A stretch of DNA of 64,000 bases from an uncultured Gammaproteobacteria bacterium (GTDB lineage: Bacteria > Patescibacteriota > Patescibacteriia > Patescibacteriales > GWE2-39-37), in NCBI GenBank assembly GCA_964443495.1, contig CAYUCS010000002.1, positions 324,021 to 388,020 of the forward strand, given 5' to 3'. Position numbers and translations under genes: made by a program. Shown here one piece after another: positions 9,038 through 18,702 of this stretch (the stretch's first letter is position 1; the number at the start of each line of letters is the position of its first letter). The notes beneath the pieces are model-generated. The model was given only the letters and a program-made list of their open reading frames with translations. It was not told the origin of the DNA and did no database searches.

Positions 9038-9985
9038 TCAATAAATTTCTCGCAATTTCATCTCAAGTTTCGAACGGTATTCTTCGCGTCGGTCGTTGGC
9101 ATGGAATTTCAAGACCTGATCGCTGATAACGACGCGTGTGTCTCGATTTGCTAGCCGCTTCAGGCCAGGCGACATCAACTTGAGCTGAACCTTCTTGGCC
9201 AAGTTCTCGGACCAGCCGAACAGGCTATCGAAGGCAGCCGCAGTCCAATCATTCGGCCTTCCCTCGACACGGCGCCAACGCACCGTAGCCTTGGGTTTCC
9301 AGTGAGGCATTTCCTGTTCGAGCCAATCGTTGGCATCAATCAGCTTACTGTAAACATCAACATCTCCATAAATCGGATAGATGCCGGCCAGCCAATGGCG
9401 GAAATACGGATCTCCACCCGGCAGCCTTAGAGCAGAAAAATCCAAACCATCCTCGCTCGCCCAGAAGCTCAAGCAGATTTTGTCTTGGCTATTGCCTGTT
9501 TGCGGACGCCAACCCAAGAATTTGGTGATTGTGGTCACAAGCAGGCGGCTCGCCCACAGGCGGGCCTTGGCCGTCACGATCAGGAGGTCGATATCGCTCT
9601 CGCGCCGCAGGTTGTGCCCGCCGATCAGGTTGCCGACCGCGATCAGCTTGATCCAGGGCAGCCAGCGGAACAGACTAGCCGCTCGTATGGCATATTTGAA
9701 TTTCTCTGCCGTAATGTTATAGCGTTCATGGCGGATCACCACCAACTCTTCGCGCCCAGGCAAAAAATAAAAGGCTTGGCTTGCACCTATTTTATTTTCA
9801 ACAACCAAGGATTCTAATTCCTGTCGTAACTCATCGCATCCCAACCCTATGCTGTCGGAAAACTGCCAAACCTCTCGAGCTGTCAGTGGATAGTTAAACA
9901 GGTCAAAAAAAGCAATCGTCGCCATTATCGATTGCCTTGTCTGCTGGATTTTATCAGGAATCACTATCATCTTCTTAATCTTCAA
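9038..9985 (-). CDS. hypothetical protein with a Pol-beta-like nucleotidyltransferase motif
   Basis: 315-aa ORF. VGNLIGGHNLRRESDIDLLIV fits the G-x(n)-D-x-D nucleotidyltransferase signature. The start is uncertain, with alternative Met codons at 9970 and 9925. Confidence 0.45.
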   Translation of the reverse strand: MKIKKMIVIPDKIQQTRQSIMATIAFFDLFNYPLTAREVWQFSDSIGLGCDELRQELESLVVENKIGASQAFYFLPGREELVVIRHERYNITAEKFKYAIRAASLFRWLPWIKLIAVGNLIGGHNLRRESDIDLLIVTAKARLWASRLLVTTITKFLGWRPQTGNSQDKICLSFWASEDGLDFSALRLPGGDPYFRHWLAGIYPIYGDVDVYSKLIDANDWLEQEMPHWKPKATVRWRRVEGRPNDWTAAAFDSLFGWSENLAKKVQLKLMSPGLKRLANRDTRVVISDQVLKFHANDRREEYRSKLEMKLREIY

Positions 9986-11093
9986 GCTGCGGCCGATTCA
10001 AGGCCAAGGCTTCGATCTTCGATTCGCTGCCAGCGATCTTGATCACGTCCTTATCGATCTTCTTGAACTCCTTATAGGCGTTATTGTAATGGTTGACCGT
10101 TGTCGAGAGGCTGCCCCCGAGCTTCTTCAGAAAATCGTCATAAGAAAGGATGTGCTTGCCCAATTTCTCGACATTGGCTTTGATTTCCTTGGCGCTCTCT
10201 TCGATCTGCATGGCGCGCAGGCCTTGCAGCACCGTCTGGAGGTAGGCCAAAAACGAGGTCGGCGAAACAATGATGACGTGCTTGTCCCTGAAGGCGTAAT
10301 CGATCAGGTCGCGGGTATTGATCTGTGCCGCACCGACCTTGTTGATGAGCAGATCGTAATAGATTGCTTCGGACGGGATGAACATGAAAGCGAAATCCAT
10401 GGTCTTTTCGGACGGCTTCACGTATTTCGAAGTCTCATCGATGCGGTTCTTCAAATCCTGCTTGAACAGCTTCTCAAATTTCTCTCGGGTCTCGCTGTCT
10501 GTCGCGGTCAGGATGCGCTCGTAATTCTCCAAGGAAAATTTCGAATCGACCGGGATAACCTTGTCTTTGACGAAGACCACGGCATCGACGATCGTGCCGT
10601 CCTTGAACGGATATTGCATCTGGTACGAGTTAGGCGGCAAGACGTTCTTCAGTGTTTCCTCCAAAAAATACTCTCCCAAGACGCCGCGTTGCTTCGGATT
10701 CTTCAAAATATCCTGCAAATTCTGCAGTTGGGCGGAAAAATTTACCACCTGCTTATTGGTCTCATCCAATTTGGTCAGCTTCTCGGTCACGTCGGATATC
10801 AGTTTGGCGGACTGGCCAGTGATGCCTTGGATGATCCTGGTCGTGTGGCCATACTGCTCCTGGTGGGCCTGATGGGTCTCGGACAGCTTCTGGTCCAATA
10901 TCTGGCGCATCTCTTTCTGTTCCTCGCGTTGCTGGACTCGCAAATCCTGATTCTCTCGCCGCAACTGGTCGATCATCAGCATCAGCTTTTCAGTTTCAAG
11001 CGACCCCTCTTTCTTGCGTAAAAGCAAAAAAACCACTAGCCCCAAGCCGGCAACCAGTAAGATTAGCAAAAAAATGATAAATATATTGGTCAT
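9975..11093 (-). CDS. rmuC: DNA recombination protein RmuC
   Basis: 372 aa. N-terminal TM helix, long coiled coil, then the conserved RmuC core (GVLGEYFLEETL, PVDSKFSLENY, FMFIPSEAIYY). Confidence 0.8.
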   Translation of the reverse strand: MTNIFIIFLLILLVAGLGLVVFLLLRKKEGSLETEKLMLMIDQLRRENQDLRVQQREEQKEMRQILDQKLSETHQAHQEQYGHTTRIIQGITGQSAKLISDVTEKLTKLDETNKQVVNFSAQLQNLQDILKNPKQRGVLGEYFLEETLKNVLPPNSYQMQYPFKDGTIVDAVVFVKDKVIPVDSKFSLENYERILTATDSETREKFEKLFKQDLKNRIDETSKYVKPSEKTMDFAFMFIPSEAIYYDLLINKVGAAQINTRDLIDYAFRDKHVIIVSPTSFLAYLQTVLQGLRAMQIEESAKEIKANVEKLGKHILSYDDFLKKLGGSLSTTVNHYNNAYKEFKKIDKDVIKIAGSESKIEALALNRPQLED

Positions 11094-11200
11094 ATGTTTT
11101 CTTATTTATAAATCCAGTGTACCAGGCCTCAGCCCAATCTGCAACCTTGTGCTATGCGCCGAAATATCCTAAACTTCAATAAAAAAGGAGGTAAAGGCAG

Positions 11201-11533
11201 ATGATCAAGAACCCTGCGCTGCTCTTTTCAATGATTGCCATGCTGGCTTTGACGATTTCGATCGTCATTTTCCGCGAATGCCGTTTCCAACGCCGGCTGA
11301 AAGAAGCCGAACAGGATAAGGAAAAGTTCAAACAGTCCATCGGCCTGCTCAAGCGTGTCCTTGATGACAACCCCAACATCGATTTGAGGCATCAAGAAGT
11401 GCAGGAGCTCGCCCAAAACGAGCTCGACACCATCAACGCTTGGCTCGCTGACCATCCGGAACAGGCCTGCCATTACCACGACCAGCTCGACAAGCTCAAG
11501 CGCATCCTCGCCTTGAACAAGCCGTCACATTGA
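11201..11533 (+). CDS. hypothetical membrane-anchored coiled-coil protein
   Basis: 110-aa ORF. Strong SD aaaggagg about 10 nt upstream. N-terminal hydrophobic helix. Confidence 0.5.
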   Translation: MIKNPALLFSMIAMLALTISIVIFRECRFQRRLKEAEQDKEKFKQSIGLLKRVLDDNPNIDLRHQEVQELAQNELDTINAWLADHPEQACHYHDQLDKLKRILALNKPSH

Positions 11534-11642
11534 CGGCTTTCTTTTTTTCTCCATGTTATTGATTTTTCCGCTAAGCGATGCTACTATGCCTGATGCTGTT
11601 TGAAAAAGAAAGCGAGCCAAAATCCATATAACGGGAGGCGAA

Positions 11643-12332
11643 ATGACACGACATGGCATTATCAAGGACATCGAGGCTATCATCTTCGACATGGATGGGG
11701 TGATCGTCGACTCCGAAGCGATCCACGTGCAAGCCGAAAAAAAGGCTTGCCAGCACTTCGGCATCGACATCCCCTTTTCCGAATGGGACGGTTTCAAGGG
11801 CAGGACCGCGATCGATATCGCCTGCCACATCATCAACTGCTATTCGACAGGCGGCGTTTCGCCGCAAGCGTTCGTCGAGTGCAAGACCAAGCTTTATCTT
11901 GAACTCGCCGCTACGGAACTGCAGGAAATCGACGGCGCCATCCGCTTCATCGCTGGAGTGCAATCGTTTTTCGAGTTATGCGCATTAACCACCTCGAGCA
12001 ATCAGGCGATCCAGCAGCTCGTGTTCGACCGGTTCGACCTTGGCCGCTACTTCGACGAAGTCGTTACCGGCGATGAAGTAACCAACGGCAAACCTCACCC
12101 CGAGCCCTATCTGACGACCGCCGTCAGGCTTGGTGTCTGGCCGAGCCGTTGCCTCGTCATCGAAGACTCCGACAACGGCATTCTCAGCGCGAAGGCGGCT
12201 GGCTGTCGGGCCGTCGGCCTGACCACCTCCTACTCCGCCGAGCGTCTTTACGGCTGCGGCGCCGACCTGGTCGTCGGCAGCTTCGCCGAACTGTCCTCGA
12301 TCTTCACCGATTGCGCAAAGGGGGAAGCATGA
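11643..12332 (+). CDS. HAD-superfamily hydrolase (beta-phosphoglucomutase/phosphatase-like)
   Basis: 229 aa. Motif I FDMDGVIVDSE. C-terminal VIEDSDNGILSAKAAG is the motif IV region. Confidence 0.8.
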   Translation: MTRHGIIKDIEAIIFDMDGVIVDSEAIHVQAEKKACQHFGIDIPFSEWDGFKGRTAIDIACHIINCYSTGGVSPQAFVECKTKLYLELAATELQEIDGAIRFIAGVQSFFELCALTTSSNQAIQQLVFDRFDLGRYFDEVVTGDEVTNGKPHPEPYLTTAVRLGVWPSRCLVIEDSDNGILSAKAAGCRAVGLTTSYSAERLYGCGADLVVGSFAELSSIFTDCAKGEA

Positions 12333-12604
12333 GAATCGAATACGTCACTTGGCCGCTCATGGCCGTCATGATGGCGGGCTGGGCCTGGCTGCAGTATCGC
12401 AAAGGCGATCTTTCGGACAAGCAGTACCTCTGGTTTTCCCTGATGATGATCGGCGGCCAAGTCGGCGGCTCGATCGACTGCTACGCCAAGGATAACCTGG
12501 GGATGGTTTTTGTCCAGATCTACTTCATGCTCTTTACTTTATGGGGCGCTTTCCAGCGCTACCGCGACATCCGCGACAAGAATTCGGCAGCCGTCTGCGA
12601 CTGA
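12329..12604 (+). CDS. small hydrophobic membrane protein, unknown function
   Basis: An internal ATG at 12329 overlaps the HAD stop (ATGA). The product MRIEYVTWPLMAVMMAGWAWL... has about 3 TM segments. The 5' part of the tracked ORF 12149..12604 is an Arg-rich out-of-frame overlap of the HAD gene. Confidence 0.5.
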   Translation: MRIEYVTWPLMAVMMAGWAWLQYRKGDLSDKQYLWFSLMMIGGQVGGSIDCYAKDNLGMVFVQIYFMLFTLWGAFQRYRDIRDKNSAAVCD

Positions 12605-12629
12605 ACGGCAGGCTCAAACCGGACAAATC

Positions 12630-12660
12630 ACCCGCCTTGCATGAGGCGGGTTCTTTTTTT
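12630..12660 (+). terminator. rho-independent terminator
   Basis: Stem acccgcc / ggcgggt with loop ttgcatga, followed by tcttttttt. Confidence 0.7.
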
Positions 12661-12670
12661 CGTCACACCC

Positions 12671-12699
12671 TTGCCAAAACCCTTTTTTTCCAGTACAAT
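12671..12699 (+). promoter_or_regulatory. sigma-70-type promoter upstream of uvrA
   Basis: TTGCCA, 17-nt spacer, TACAAT, about 55 nt upstream of the uvrA ATG. Confidence 0.55.
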
Positions 12700-12752
12700 A
12701 AGTGCGATTTAAATAAATCATTCAGACATGGTCTGAGTTAATTTTTCCCTGC

Positions 12753-15605
12753 ATGGCACAACAAAATTCCATCGTCATCAAAGGTGCCCGCGTGCACAAT
12801 TTGAAGAATATCGACGTCACCATCCCTCGTGACAAATTCGTCGTCATCACCGGCTTATCCGGCTCCGGCAAGTCCAGTCTCGCCTTCGACACCATCTACG
12901 CCGAAGGCCAGCGCCGCTACGTCGAGTCGCTCTCCGCTTACGCCCGCCAATTCATCGGCTTGATGGACAAGCCTGACGTCGATTCGATCGAAGGCCTCTC
13001 CCCGGCCATCTCCATCGACCAGAAGACCGCTTCCCACAACCCCCGCTCGACCGTCGGCACCGTAACCGAAATCTACGATTACCTGCGCTTGCTCTACGCC
13101 CGCATCGGCGTGCCTCATTGTCCGCAGTGCGGCCAGAAAGTCAAGCCATATACCGTCGATGAGATCGTCAACCGCATCTCCAAGAGCTACACTGCCAAAG
13201 AGGTCGTCCTTTTAGCGCCGATCATCAAAGACAAGAAGGGCGAGCATAAAAGCGTCTTGATCGCCATCGCCAAAGCCGGCTATAGCCGCGTCCTGTTCGA
13301 CAATGTCATCTACTCGCTTGAGGAAGCCGAGGATCTGGCTGTCGATAAACAGAAGAAACACAGCCTCCTGATCGTCATCGACCGACTGACCGTTTCCGCC
13401 AACAAATCCGACCTCTCCCGTCTTTCTGAAAGCGTCGAGAAGGCGCTCGACCTCGGTAATGGCGTCATCGAAGTCATGACTGCCGATTACAAGGAGCGCG
13501 TCACCTACTCCCGCAACTTCGCCTGTCCGGATTGCGGCATCAGCCTGCCCGAGCTCGAGCCGCGCAACTTCTCTTTCAATTCGCCGCATGGCGCCTGCCC
13601 GGATTGTACCGGTTTAGGCACCAAGCTGGAAATCGACCCCACCCTGATCTTAAACAAGAATCTGACCATCGCCCAAGGCGCCATCAAGCCGTGGTCGCAC
13701 GGCAATACTCCGGGCCAGACCTGGCTGATGCGCATCCTCGGCACCGTCGCCGAAAAGAACGGCTTCGACTTGAATACCGCTATCAAAGACCTGACCAAGA
13801 AGCAGCTGGATATCGTCCTCTACGGCTCCGGCGACAAGAATTACCAGGTCGAATACGAGAGTGCCCGCTTCACCGGCGAACTGACCACTGAATTCGAAGG
13901 CGTCATCCCGAATCTGGAACGCCGCTACCAACAGACCGAATCCGACTATATCCGCAAGGAGATCGAGAGCTTCATGCGCGTCCTGATCTGCCCGACCTGC
14001 CACGGCAAGCGCCTGAAGCCGGAAATGCTGGCCGTCACCATCGCCGATCTTTCGATCCAGGACGTGACCACCAAGCCGATCGACGCTTGCAAGGCGTTCT
14101 TCATCCAGCTCGAAGGCGGCTCAACCCTGACCGAACGCGAAAAGAAAATATCCAAGCTCATTTTCAAAGAAATCCGCTCCCGTCTGGAATTCCTTTCCAA
14201 CGTCGGCCTCGACTACCTGACGCTCGACCGCTCGGCCAACACCTTGTCCGGCGGCGAAGCGCAACGCATCCGCCTGGCCACCCAAATCGGTTCAGCCTTG
14301 GTTGGCGTGCTCTATGTTTTGGATGAACCGTCAATCGGCCTGCACCAGCGAGACAATGACAAGCTCATCGAAACCCTGAAAGAGCTCCGCGACATCGGCA
14401 ACTCGGTCATCGTCATCGAGCACGATGAAGCTACTATGTTGGCTGCCGACTGGCTGATCGATGTCGGTCCTGGCGCCGGCGAACATGGCGGGCAGATCGT
14501 GGCCCAGGGCACGCCCGACCAAGTCAAGAAAGCCAAGTCCCTGACCGGCGAATACCTCTCGGGCAAGAAATCAATCGCCGTCCCGGCCAAATACCGTGCC
14601 GGCTCTGGCAATTCGATCAAGATCCTCGGCGCCGAAGAAAATAATTTGAAAAATATCGACGTCGAAATCCCATTAGGCAAGTTCGTGGCCATCACCGGCG
14701 TGTCCGGTTCCGGCAAATCAACCCTGATGATCGACATCCTGGCCACCGCCCTGAACCAGAAATTTTATCGAGCCAAGGAAATGCCAGGCAAACACAAGCT
14801 GATCGAGGGCCTTTCCCATATCGACAAAGTCATCCATATCGACCAATCGCCGATCGGGCGCACCCCGCGCTCGAACCCGGCCACCTATACCGGCGTCTTC
14901 ACCCCGATCCGCGACCTCTTCGCCACCATGCCCGAAGCCAAGATCCGCGGCTACAAAGCCGGACGCTTTTCTTTCAACGTCGTCGGCGGCCGCTGCGAGG
15001 CCTGCTCGGGCGACGGCATGGTCAAGATCGAGATGCAATTCCTGCCTGACGTTTACGTCGAGTGCGAAGTCTGCCACGGCAAGCGTTACAACAAGGAAGC
15101 GCTCGAAGTCCACTACAAAGAAAAGAATATCGCCGACGTCTTGGCCATGACCGTGGAAGAAGCGACCAAATTCTTCAAGAACATACCGATTGTCCACCAA
15201 AAACTTTCCACCTTGTGCGATGTCGGGCTCGGCTACATCAAGCTCGGCCAATCAGCCACCACGCTGTCAGGCGGCGAGGCCCAGCGCATCAAGCTGGCCT
15301 CGGAACTCTCGCGCCGCGCCACCGGCAAGACCCTGTACATCCTCGATGAGCCGACTACCGGCCTGCACTTCGACGACATCAAGCGCCTCTTGCACGTCCT
15401 GAACCGCTTGGTTGACAAGAACAACACCGTCCTGATTATCGAGCACAACCTCGACGTCATCAAGTCGGTCGATCACATCATCGACCTCGGCCCCGAGGGC
15501 GGCGACAAGGGCGGCGAAATCGTAGCCCAAGGCACGCCAAAAGAAGTAGCTAAGGTAAAGAAGAGCCTCACCGGACAATATCTAGCGAAGATCTTCAAAC
15601 AATAA
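12753..15605 (+). CDS. uvrA: excinuclease ABC subunit A
   Basis: 950 aa. Two ABC modules (GLSGSGKSS and GVSGSGKST; [12 protein letters not shown] and [12 protein letters not shown]). Zinc-finger Cys pairs (CPQCG, CPDCG, CPTCHG, CEACSG, CEVCHG). Confidence 0.97.
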   Translation: MAQQNSIVIKGARVHNLKNIDVTIPRDKFVVITGLSGSGKSSLAFDTIYAEGQRRYVESLSAYARQFIGLMDKPDVDSIEGLSPAISIDQKTASHNPRSTVGTVTEIYDYLRLLYARIGVPHCPQCGQKVKPYTVDEIVNRISKSYTAKEVVLLAPIIKDKKGEHKSVLIAIAKAGYSRVLFDNVIYSLEEAEDLAVDKQKKHSLLIVIDRLTVSANKSDLSRLSESVEKALDLGNGVIEVMTADYKERVTYSRNFACPDCGISLPELEPRNFSFNSPHGACPDCTGLGTKLEIDPTLILNKNLTIAQGAIKPWSHGNTPGQTWLMRILGTVAEKNGFDLNTAIKDLTKKQLDIVLYGSGDKNYQVEYESARFTGELTTEFEGVIPNLERRYQQTESDYIRKEIESFMRVLICPTCHGKRLKPEMLAVTIADLSIQDVTTKPIDACKAFFIQLEGGSTLTEREKKISKLIFKEIRSRLEFLSNVGLDYLTLDRSANTLSGGEAQRIRLATQIGSALVGVLYVLDEPSIGLHQRDNDKLIETLKELRDIGNSVIVIEHDEATMLAADWLIDVGPGAGEHGGQIVAQGTPDQVKKAKSLTGEYLSGKKSIAVPAKYRAGSGNSIKILGAEENNLKNIDVEIPLGKFVAITGVSGSGKSTLMIDILATALNQKFYRAKEMPGKHKLIEGLSHIDKVIHIDQSPIGRTPRSNPATYTGVFTPIRDLFATMPEAKIRGYKAGRFSFNVVGGRCEACSGDGMVKIEMQFLPDVYVECEVCHGKRYNKEALEVHYKEKNIADVLAMTVEEATKFFKNIPIVHQKLSTLCDVGLGYIKLGQSATTLSGGEAQRIKLASELSRRATGKTLYILDEPTTGLHFDDIKRLLHVLNRLVDKNNTVLIIEHNLDVIKSVDHIIDLGPEGGDKGGEIVAQGTPKEVAKVKKSLTGQYLAKIFKQ

Positions 15606-15607
15606 TC

Positions 15608-15637
15608 AAAAAGCCGGCCGCCAAGGCCGGCTTTTTG
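15608..15637. terminator. bidirectional terminator hairpin
   Basis: aaaaagccggcc / ggccggcttttt with A-run and T-run flanks, lying between the convergent uvrA and 15703..16086. Confidence 0.75.
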
Positions 15638-15702
15638 ATTATTGTTAAATAGTGGAAATGAAAAAAGCCGCCTTCTCGCAAAGGCGGCCGCATTCGATCC
15701 CA

Positions 15703-16086
15703 TCAAAGCAGTATCAGGTAGCCGACAGTGATACCCTTACCCGTGGTGCAGACGCACTCGAAGATATTCTTCGACGGACCTTCCCAGGGCTGCTCGCTGG
15801 TAGTGATCTTGAAAAACAGGACTGGCGCATCTTCGAAGATGCAGGGCGTGGTCACCAACTGTACATAGTGTTCCTTCCTTGTCCCGGCCTTGCGATTATT
15901 GATCGTACAGCTGACTATCTCCAAGCCGTCGATCATGTACTCGCTGAACCCCCCATTGAAATAGACGAATGCCGCCTTTCTTCCTCTCACCTCCTTCGGC
16001 AAGCCGGCATTCTCCAACAGACTTCGGCTGCGTTCCATTGTTTCGCTAATCCGCTTACCTAGGTCCCCAGATACTTCATTTTCCAT
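15703..16086 (-). CDS. hypothetical protein
   Basis: 127-aa ORF with SD agggggt 6 nt before the ATG. Preferred over the antisense ORF 15652..16062. Confidence 0.5.
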   Translation of the reverse strand: MENEVSGDLGKRISETMERSRSLLENAGLPKEVRGRKAAFVYFNGGFSEYMIDGLEIVSCTINNRKAGTRKEHYVQLVTTPCIFEDAPVLFFKITTSEQPWEGPSKNIFECVCTTGKGITVGYLILL

Positions 16087-16188
16087 ACCTACCCCCTTTG
16101 CAAAGGACGAGAATCAAGTTATCCCCATTATATTACCCGAAAAAGATTTCGGCAAATGAAGATGCCGGACGTTGCCGCCCGGCAGATT

Positions 16189-16518
16189 CTAGCAATTACC
16201 AGCCTGGCCCCGCTCTATTACGGTGTAGAGCCGGCCGTTGGCATAGCTGAAAAACCAGAATTTCCCTTCGAAGTTGTCGGAGATGACGACGGTCCCGGCA
16301 GCTTGTCCGCCCGGTCCGAAAAAAACGTTGCAGCTGGCCCGAATCCCCTCTTTCTTGAACTCGATCATGAATGGCAACTCCGCATAGCCTGGCGGCAGGC
16401 CAGCATCCGGAAAATCCAGAGTAATCGGTTCCAAAAAGCAGTTCAAGGCAGACAAGGCGGTAACGATCATCTTTTCTGAAAACAGCTTCAGCACGGCATA
16501 TTGCTGGTCCATGGTCAT
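16189..16518 (-). CDS. hypothetical protein
   Basis: 109-aa ORF with strong SD aaaggagggg immediately upstream of the ATG. Confidence 0.5.
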   Translation of the reverse strand: MTMDQQYAVLKLFSEKMIVTALSALNCFLEPITLDFPDAGLPPGYAELPFMIEFKKEGIRASCNVFFGPGGQAAGTVVISDNFEGKFWFFSYANGRLYTVIERGQAGNC

Positions 16519-16639
16519 CCCCTCCTTTCTTTTGGAATAAAGATCGCGATTCGCTTGCCTATATTAAAGCCTCAAAGCAGGCCGGTGTCAACTGTAACAT
16601 TTGGCCGACTTTTCTGTATTATTATAAGTAAACAGACCT

Positions 16640-16750
16640 ATGCGAATCTACCTGAAAAAATTCAGTTTTATCCCGGTATCATTATTAGTCGTGCTTATGC
16701 TGGCCTTTTTGCTGCGCCTGACCGCGGCCGCAATTTCCGTTCAGCCTTAA
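16640..16750 (+). other. 36-codon ORF, possibly the N-terminal remnant of a membrane protein gene
   Basis: MRIYLKKFSFIPVSLLVVLMLAFLLRLTAAAISVQP reads like a basic N-terminus plus one TM helix and then stops. No SD seen. Weak support. Confidence 0.2.
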
Positions 16751-16776
16751 TCGTTTTTTAATGACTGCCTTTTATA

Positions 16777-16878
16777 TTGATTGCTGATGGCAGCTGATGA
16801 TGCTGGCTTTTCCCGGCACCGGCACCCCATTATATGCCGGGAAAAATCGCAGCATCGCCACTTGCCATCGCTAATCGA
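16777..16878 (+). other. about 100-nt rod-like imperfect inverted repeat (candidate structured RNA or palindromic DNA element)
   Basis: Nested complementary blocks: TTGATTGC/GC(T)AATCGA, GATGGCA/TGCCATC, GATGCTG/CAGCATC and TTTTCCCGGCA/TGCCGGGAAAA around a 16-nt apical loop. Confidence 0.5.
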
Positions 16879-16884
16879 CTCCAG

Positions 16885-16916
16885 ACCTCGACCATAAGCC
16901 GGTCCGAGGTTTTTTA
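16885..16916 (+). terminator. rho-independent terminator
   Basis: Stem acctcg(acc) / (ggtc)cgaggt with loop ataagcc, followed by tttttt. It lies upstream of the sigma-factor promoter, so it ends an upstream plus-strand transcript. Confidence 0.6.
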
Positions 16917-16917
16917 T

Positions 16918-16946
16918 TTGCCAAAAACTCCAAAAAATACTATAGT
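16918..16946 (+). promoter_or_regulatory. sigma-70-type promoter of the ECF sigma gene
   Basis: TTGCCA, 17-nt spacer, TATAGT, 50 nt upstream of the ATG at 16996. Confidence 0.55.
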
Positions 16947-16995
16947 ATTCTGACTTTGTAACAATATTTGAGTGTTACTGTAATATTAAGCAGAT

Positions 16996-17484
16996 ATGCC
17001 CAAGAAAGCCCGTGCTGACTTCCTTGCATACTACAATCAGTATAAAGATAAGATCTATACTTATTTCTGGTATCGAGTCGGTTTCAACCAAGCCTTGGCC
17101 GAAGATCTGACCTCGGAAGTATTCATCAAAGCCTTGAAAAACTTTGATAGCTACGACCAGGGCCGGCCTTTTCAAGCTTGGATTTACAAGATCGCCCAGA
17201 ACCACCTGATCAACCATTATAAGACTTCCAATCGCGAAACCGAACTGATAGAGGCCATCGAAACGCCGCGCCGTGAAAAAGAGGCCATCGAAACCAGGTT
17301 GGAATTGGAAAGGGTTATGGAGTACATCCATGAACTCAACCAATACCACCGCGAAGTGCTATTGCTCCGGTTCGTCGACGGCCTGGATAACCAGGAAATC
17401 GCCGCGGTGCTCAACAAGGAAGAAGGTGCGGTCCGTACGCAGATCAGCCGCGCTCTCGAGGAATTAAGAAAACGAATCAATTAA
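16996..17484 (+). CDS. ECF-type RNA polymerase sigma-70 family factor
   Basis: 162 aa. Region 2 (AEDLTSEVFIKALKNFDSYD..PFQAWIYKIAQNHLINHYK) and region 4 HTH (REVLLLRFVDGLDNQEIAAVLNKEEGAVRTQISRALEELRK). Confidence 0.85.
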   Translation: MPKKARADFLAYYNQYKDKIYTYFWYRVGFNQALAEDLTSEVFIKALKNFDSYDQGRPFQAWIYKIAQNHLINHYKTSNRETELIEAIETPRREKEAIETRLELERVMEYIHELNQYHREVLLLRFVDGLDNQEIAAVLNKEEGAVRTQISRALEELRKRIN

Positions 17485-17488
17485 GACC

Positions 17489-18658
17489 ATGGACCAATCG
17501 CTCGAAAGGCTGTTAGCCAGCCTGCCGCAAAAAAAACTCTCCCGCAAGGCCGACTTGATGATACGGCTCCGTTTGTGGCGCACTCAAGCAGGCATGGCCT
17601 TGTCCGGATTGGATTTCTCGATGGCCAAAGGCTGGCAAGCCGGGTTGGCCTCTGCTCTGGTCGTATTAGTGTGCCTGAGCGGCACCGGCGTTTATGCCTA
17701 CTCAAGCGACAAGGTGACTCGCCAAAGCCGGCTTTACCCCATCAAGCGAACTCTTGAAAATATCGAAAAATCGGTTATCAGCAGCCCGACCGCCCAACCG
17801 GCCCTGGAGGCCAAATTCGCCGCCCGACGTTTCGCCGAGGCCCGAGCCATAATCAGCCACCCTGGCAATCCAAGAGAAATCAGCGATGACCTGGATCTAA
17901 CACTGGACGAGGCTAACGAAAATATCCGGTCGGCTAACGAGAATATCGGATCGATCGAAAATCAAGACGAACAGGAACGCCTGATTGAACGTCTCGACGC
18001 CGAGAATGATCGCCATTCGCGCGATCTCGAGCTTATAGCTATCGGCCTCTCGCTCGATGATGATGAAAAAATCGTCGATGCCGTTGCCAACTCCCTTGAA
18101 AACCTCGAACAGCAGAAAAAATTCCTTAAAAGCCGCTCCAAAAAAAATTCTACGGATTTATCCGCCAAGACAAACCCAGCCGCGACGGCAACTAGCGCAC
18201 CCCCTCAGACTGCAACCACATCCACATCAACAGCCGCTGTTTTGACTACAAAAAAAGAACGCTCTGAAAAAGACGAAGAGATCGAATCTCTCAAGCAGAT
18301 GAAGAAACGCGTGGAATCATTCAAGAAAGAGCAGGAAAAGAAGCAGAAACAGAAGCAGAAACCCAACCTGAAAGCCGAAAAATTCATCAAGAACCTTGAG
18401 AAAAAAGTCGATCAAGCCGAAGCATCAATCAAGCAAGGCGACCGGGAAAGCTTCCAAAGGATCTATGACACGACTACTGCCCTGACCAACACCGGAATCC
18501 ACTTCATCGCATCATCAAGCGAAATAGCCGCTGAGGAAAAACGTAAAGAAACCAGTAAGCCGGCTGAACGCGAATCATCCGAGGAGCAAAAGATCGAAAC
18601 GAAACGCGAGCAGGAATCTGAAAGGCACAGAGAAGATAGTGATCGCAGCAATGATTGA
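17489..18658 (+). CDS. putative anti-sigma factor: single-pass membrane protein with a long Lys/Glu-rich extracytoplasmic tail
   Basis: 389-aa ORF starting 4 nt after the sigma gene. One TM (ALVVLVCLSGTGVYAY). The call rests on position only. Confidence 0.4.
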   Translation: MDQSLERLLASLPQKKLSRKADLMIRLRLWRTQAGMALSGLDFSMAKGWQAGLASALVVLVCLSGTGVYAYSSDKVTRQSRLYPIKRTLENIEKSVISSPTAQPALEAKFAARRFAEARAIISHPGNPREISDDLDLTLDEANENIRSANENIGSIENQDEQERLIERLDAENDRHSRDLELIAIGLSLDDDEKIVDAVANSLENLEQQKKFLKSRSKKNSTDLSAKTNPAATATSAPPQTATTSTSTAAVLTTKKERSEKDEEIESLKQMKKRVESFKKEQEKKQKQKQKPNLKAEKFIKNLEKKVDQAEASIKQGDRESFQRIYDTTTALTNTGIHFIASSSEIAAEEKRKETSKPAERESSEEQKIETKREQESERHREDSDRSND

Positions 18659-18667
18659 TATAAAAAA

Positions 18668-18695
18668 ACACCGCCGATATCGGCGGTGTTTTTTT
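18668..18695. terminator. bidirectional terminator
   Basis: acaccgccgat / atcggcggtgt perfect palindrome flanked by an A-run and a T-run, between convergent genes. Confidence 0.8.
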
Positions 18696-18702
18696 ATATC
18701 AA

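Noticed and set aside
12149-12328. 5' extension of the tracked ORF 12149..12604.
   Set aside because: It overlaps the HAD hydrolase gene out of frame and encodes an Arg-rich low-complexity stretch. An ATG at 12329 overlapping the HAD stop gives a coherent hydrophobic protein.
16501-16761. 86-aa plus-strand ORF.
   Set aside because: It starts inside the SD and start region of the minus-strand gene 16189..16518, has no SD, and only its last third looks protein-like. That last third is covered by the 36-codon ORF noted separately.
18339-18362. 12-bp tandem duplication agaagcagaaac x2, encoding KQKQKQK.
   Set aside because: There are only two units, inside a generally Lys/Glu/Gln-rich low-complexity coding region. 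This is ordinary compositional repetition, not a structured repeat array.
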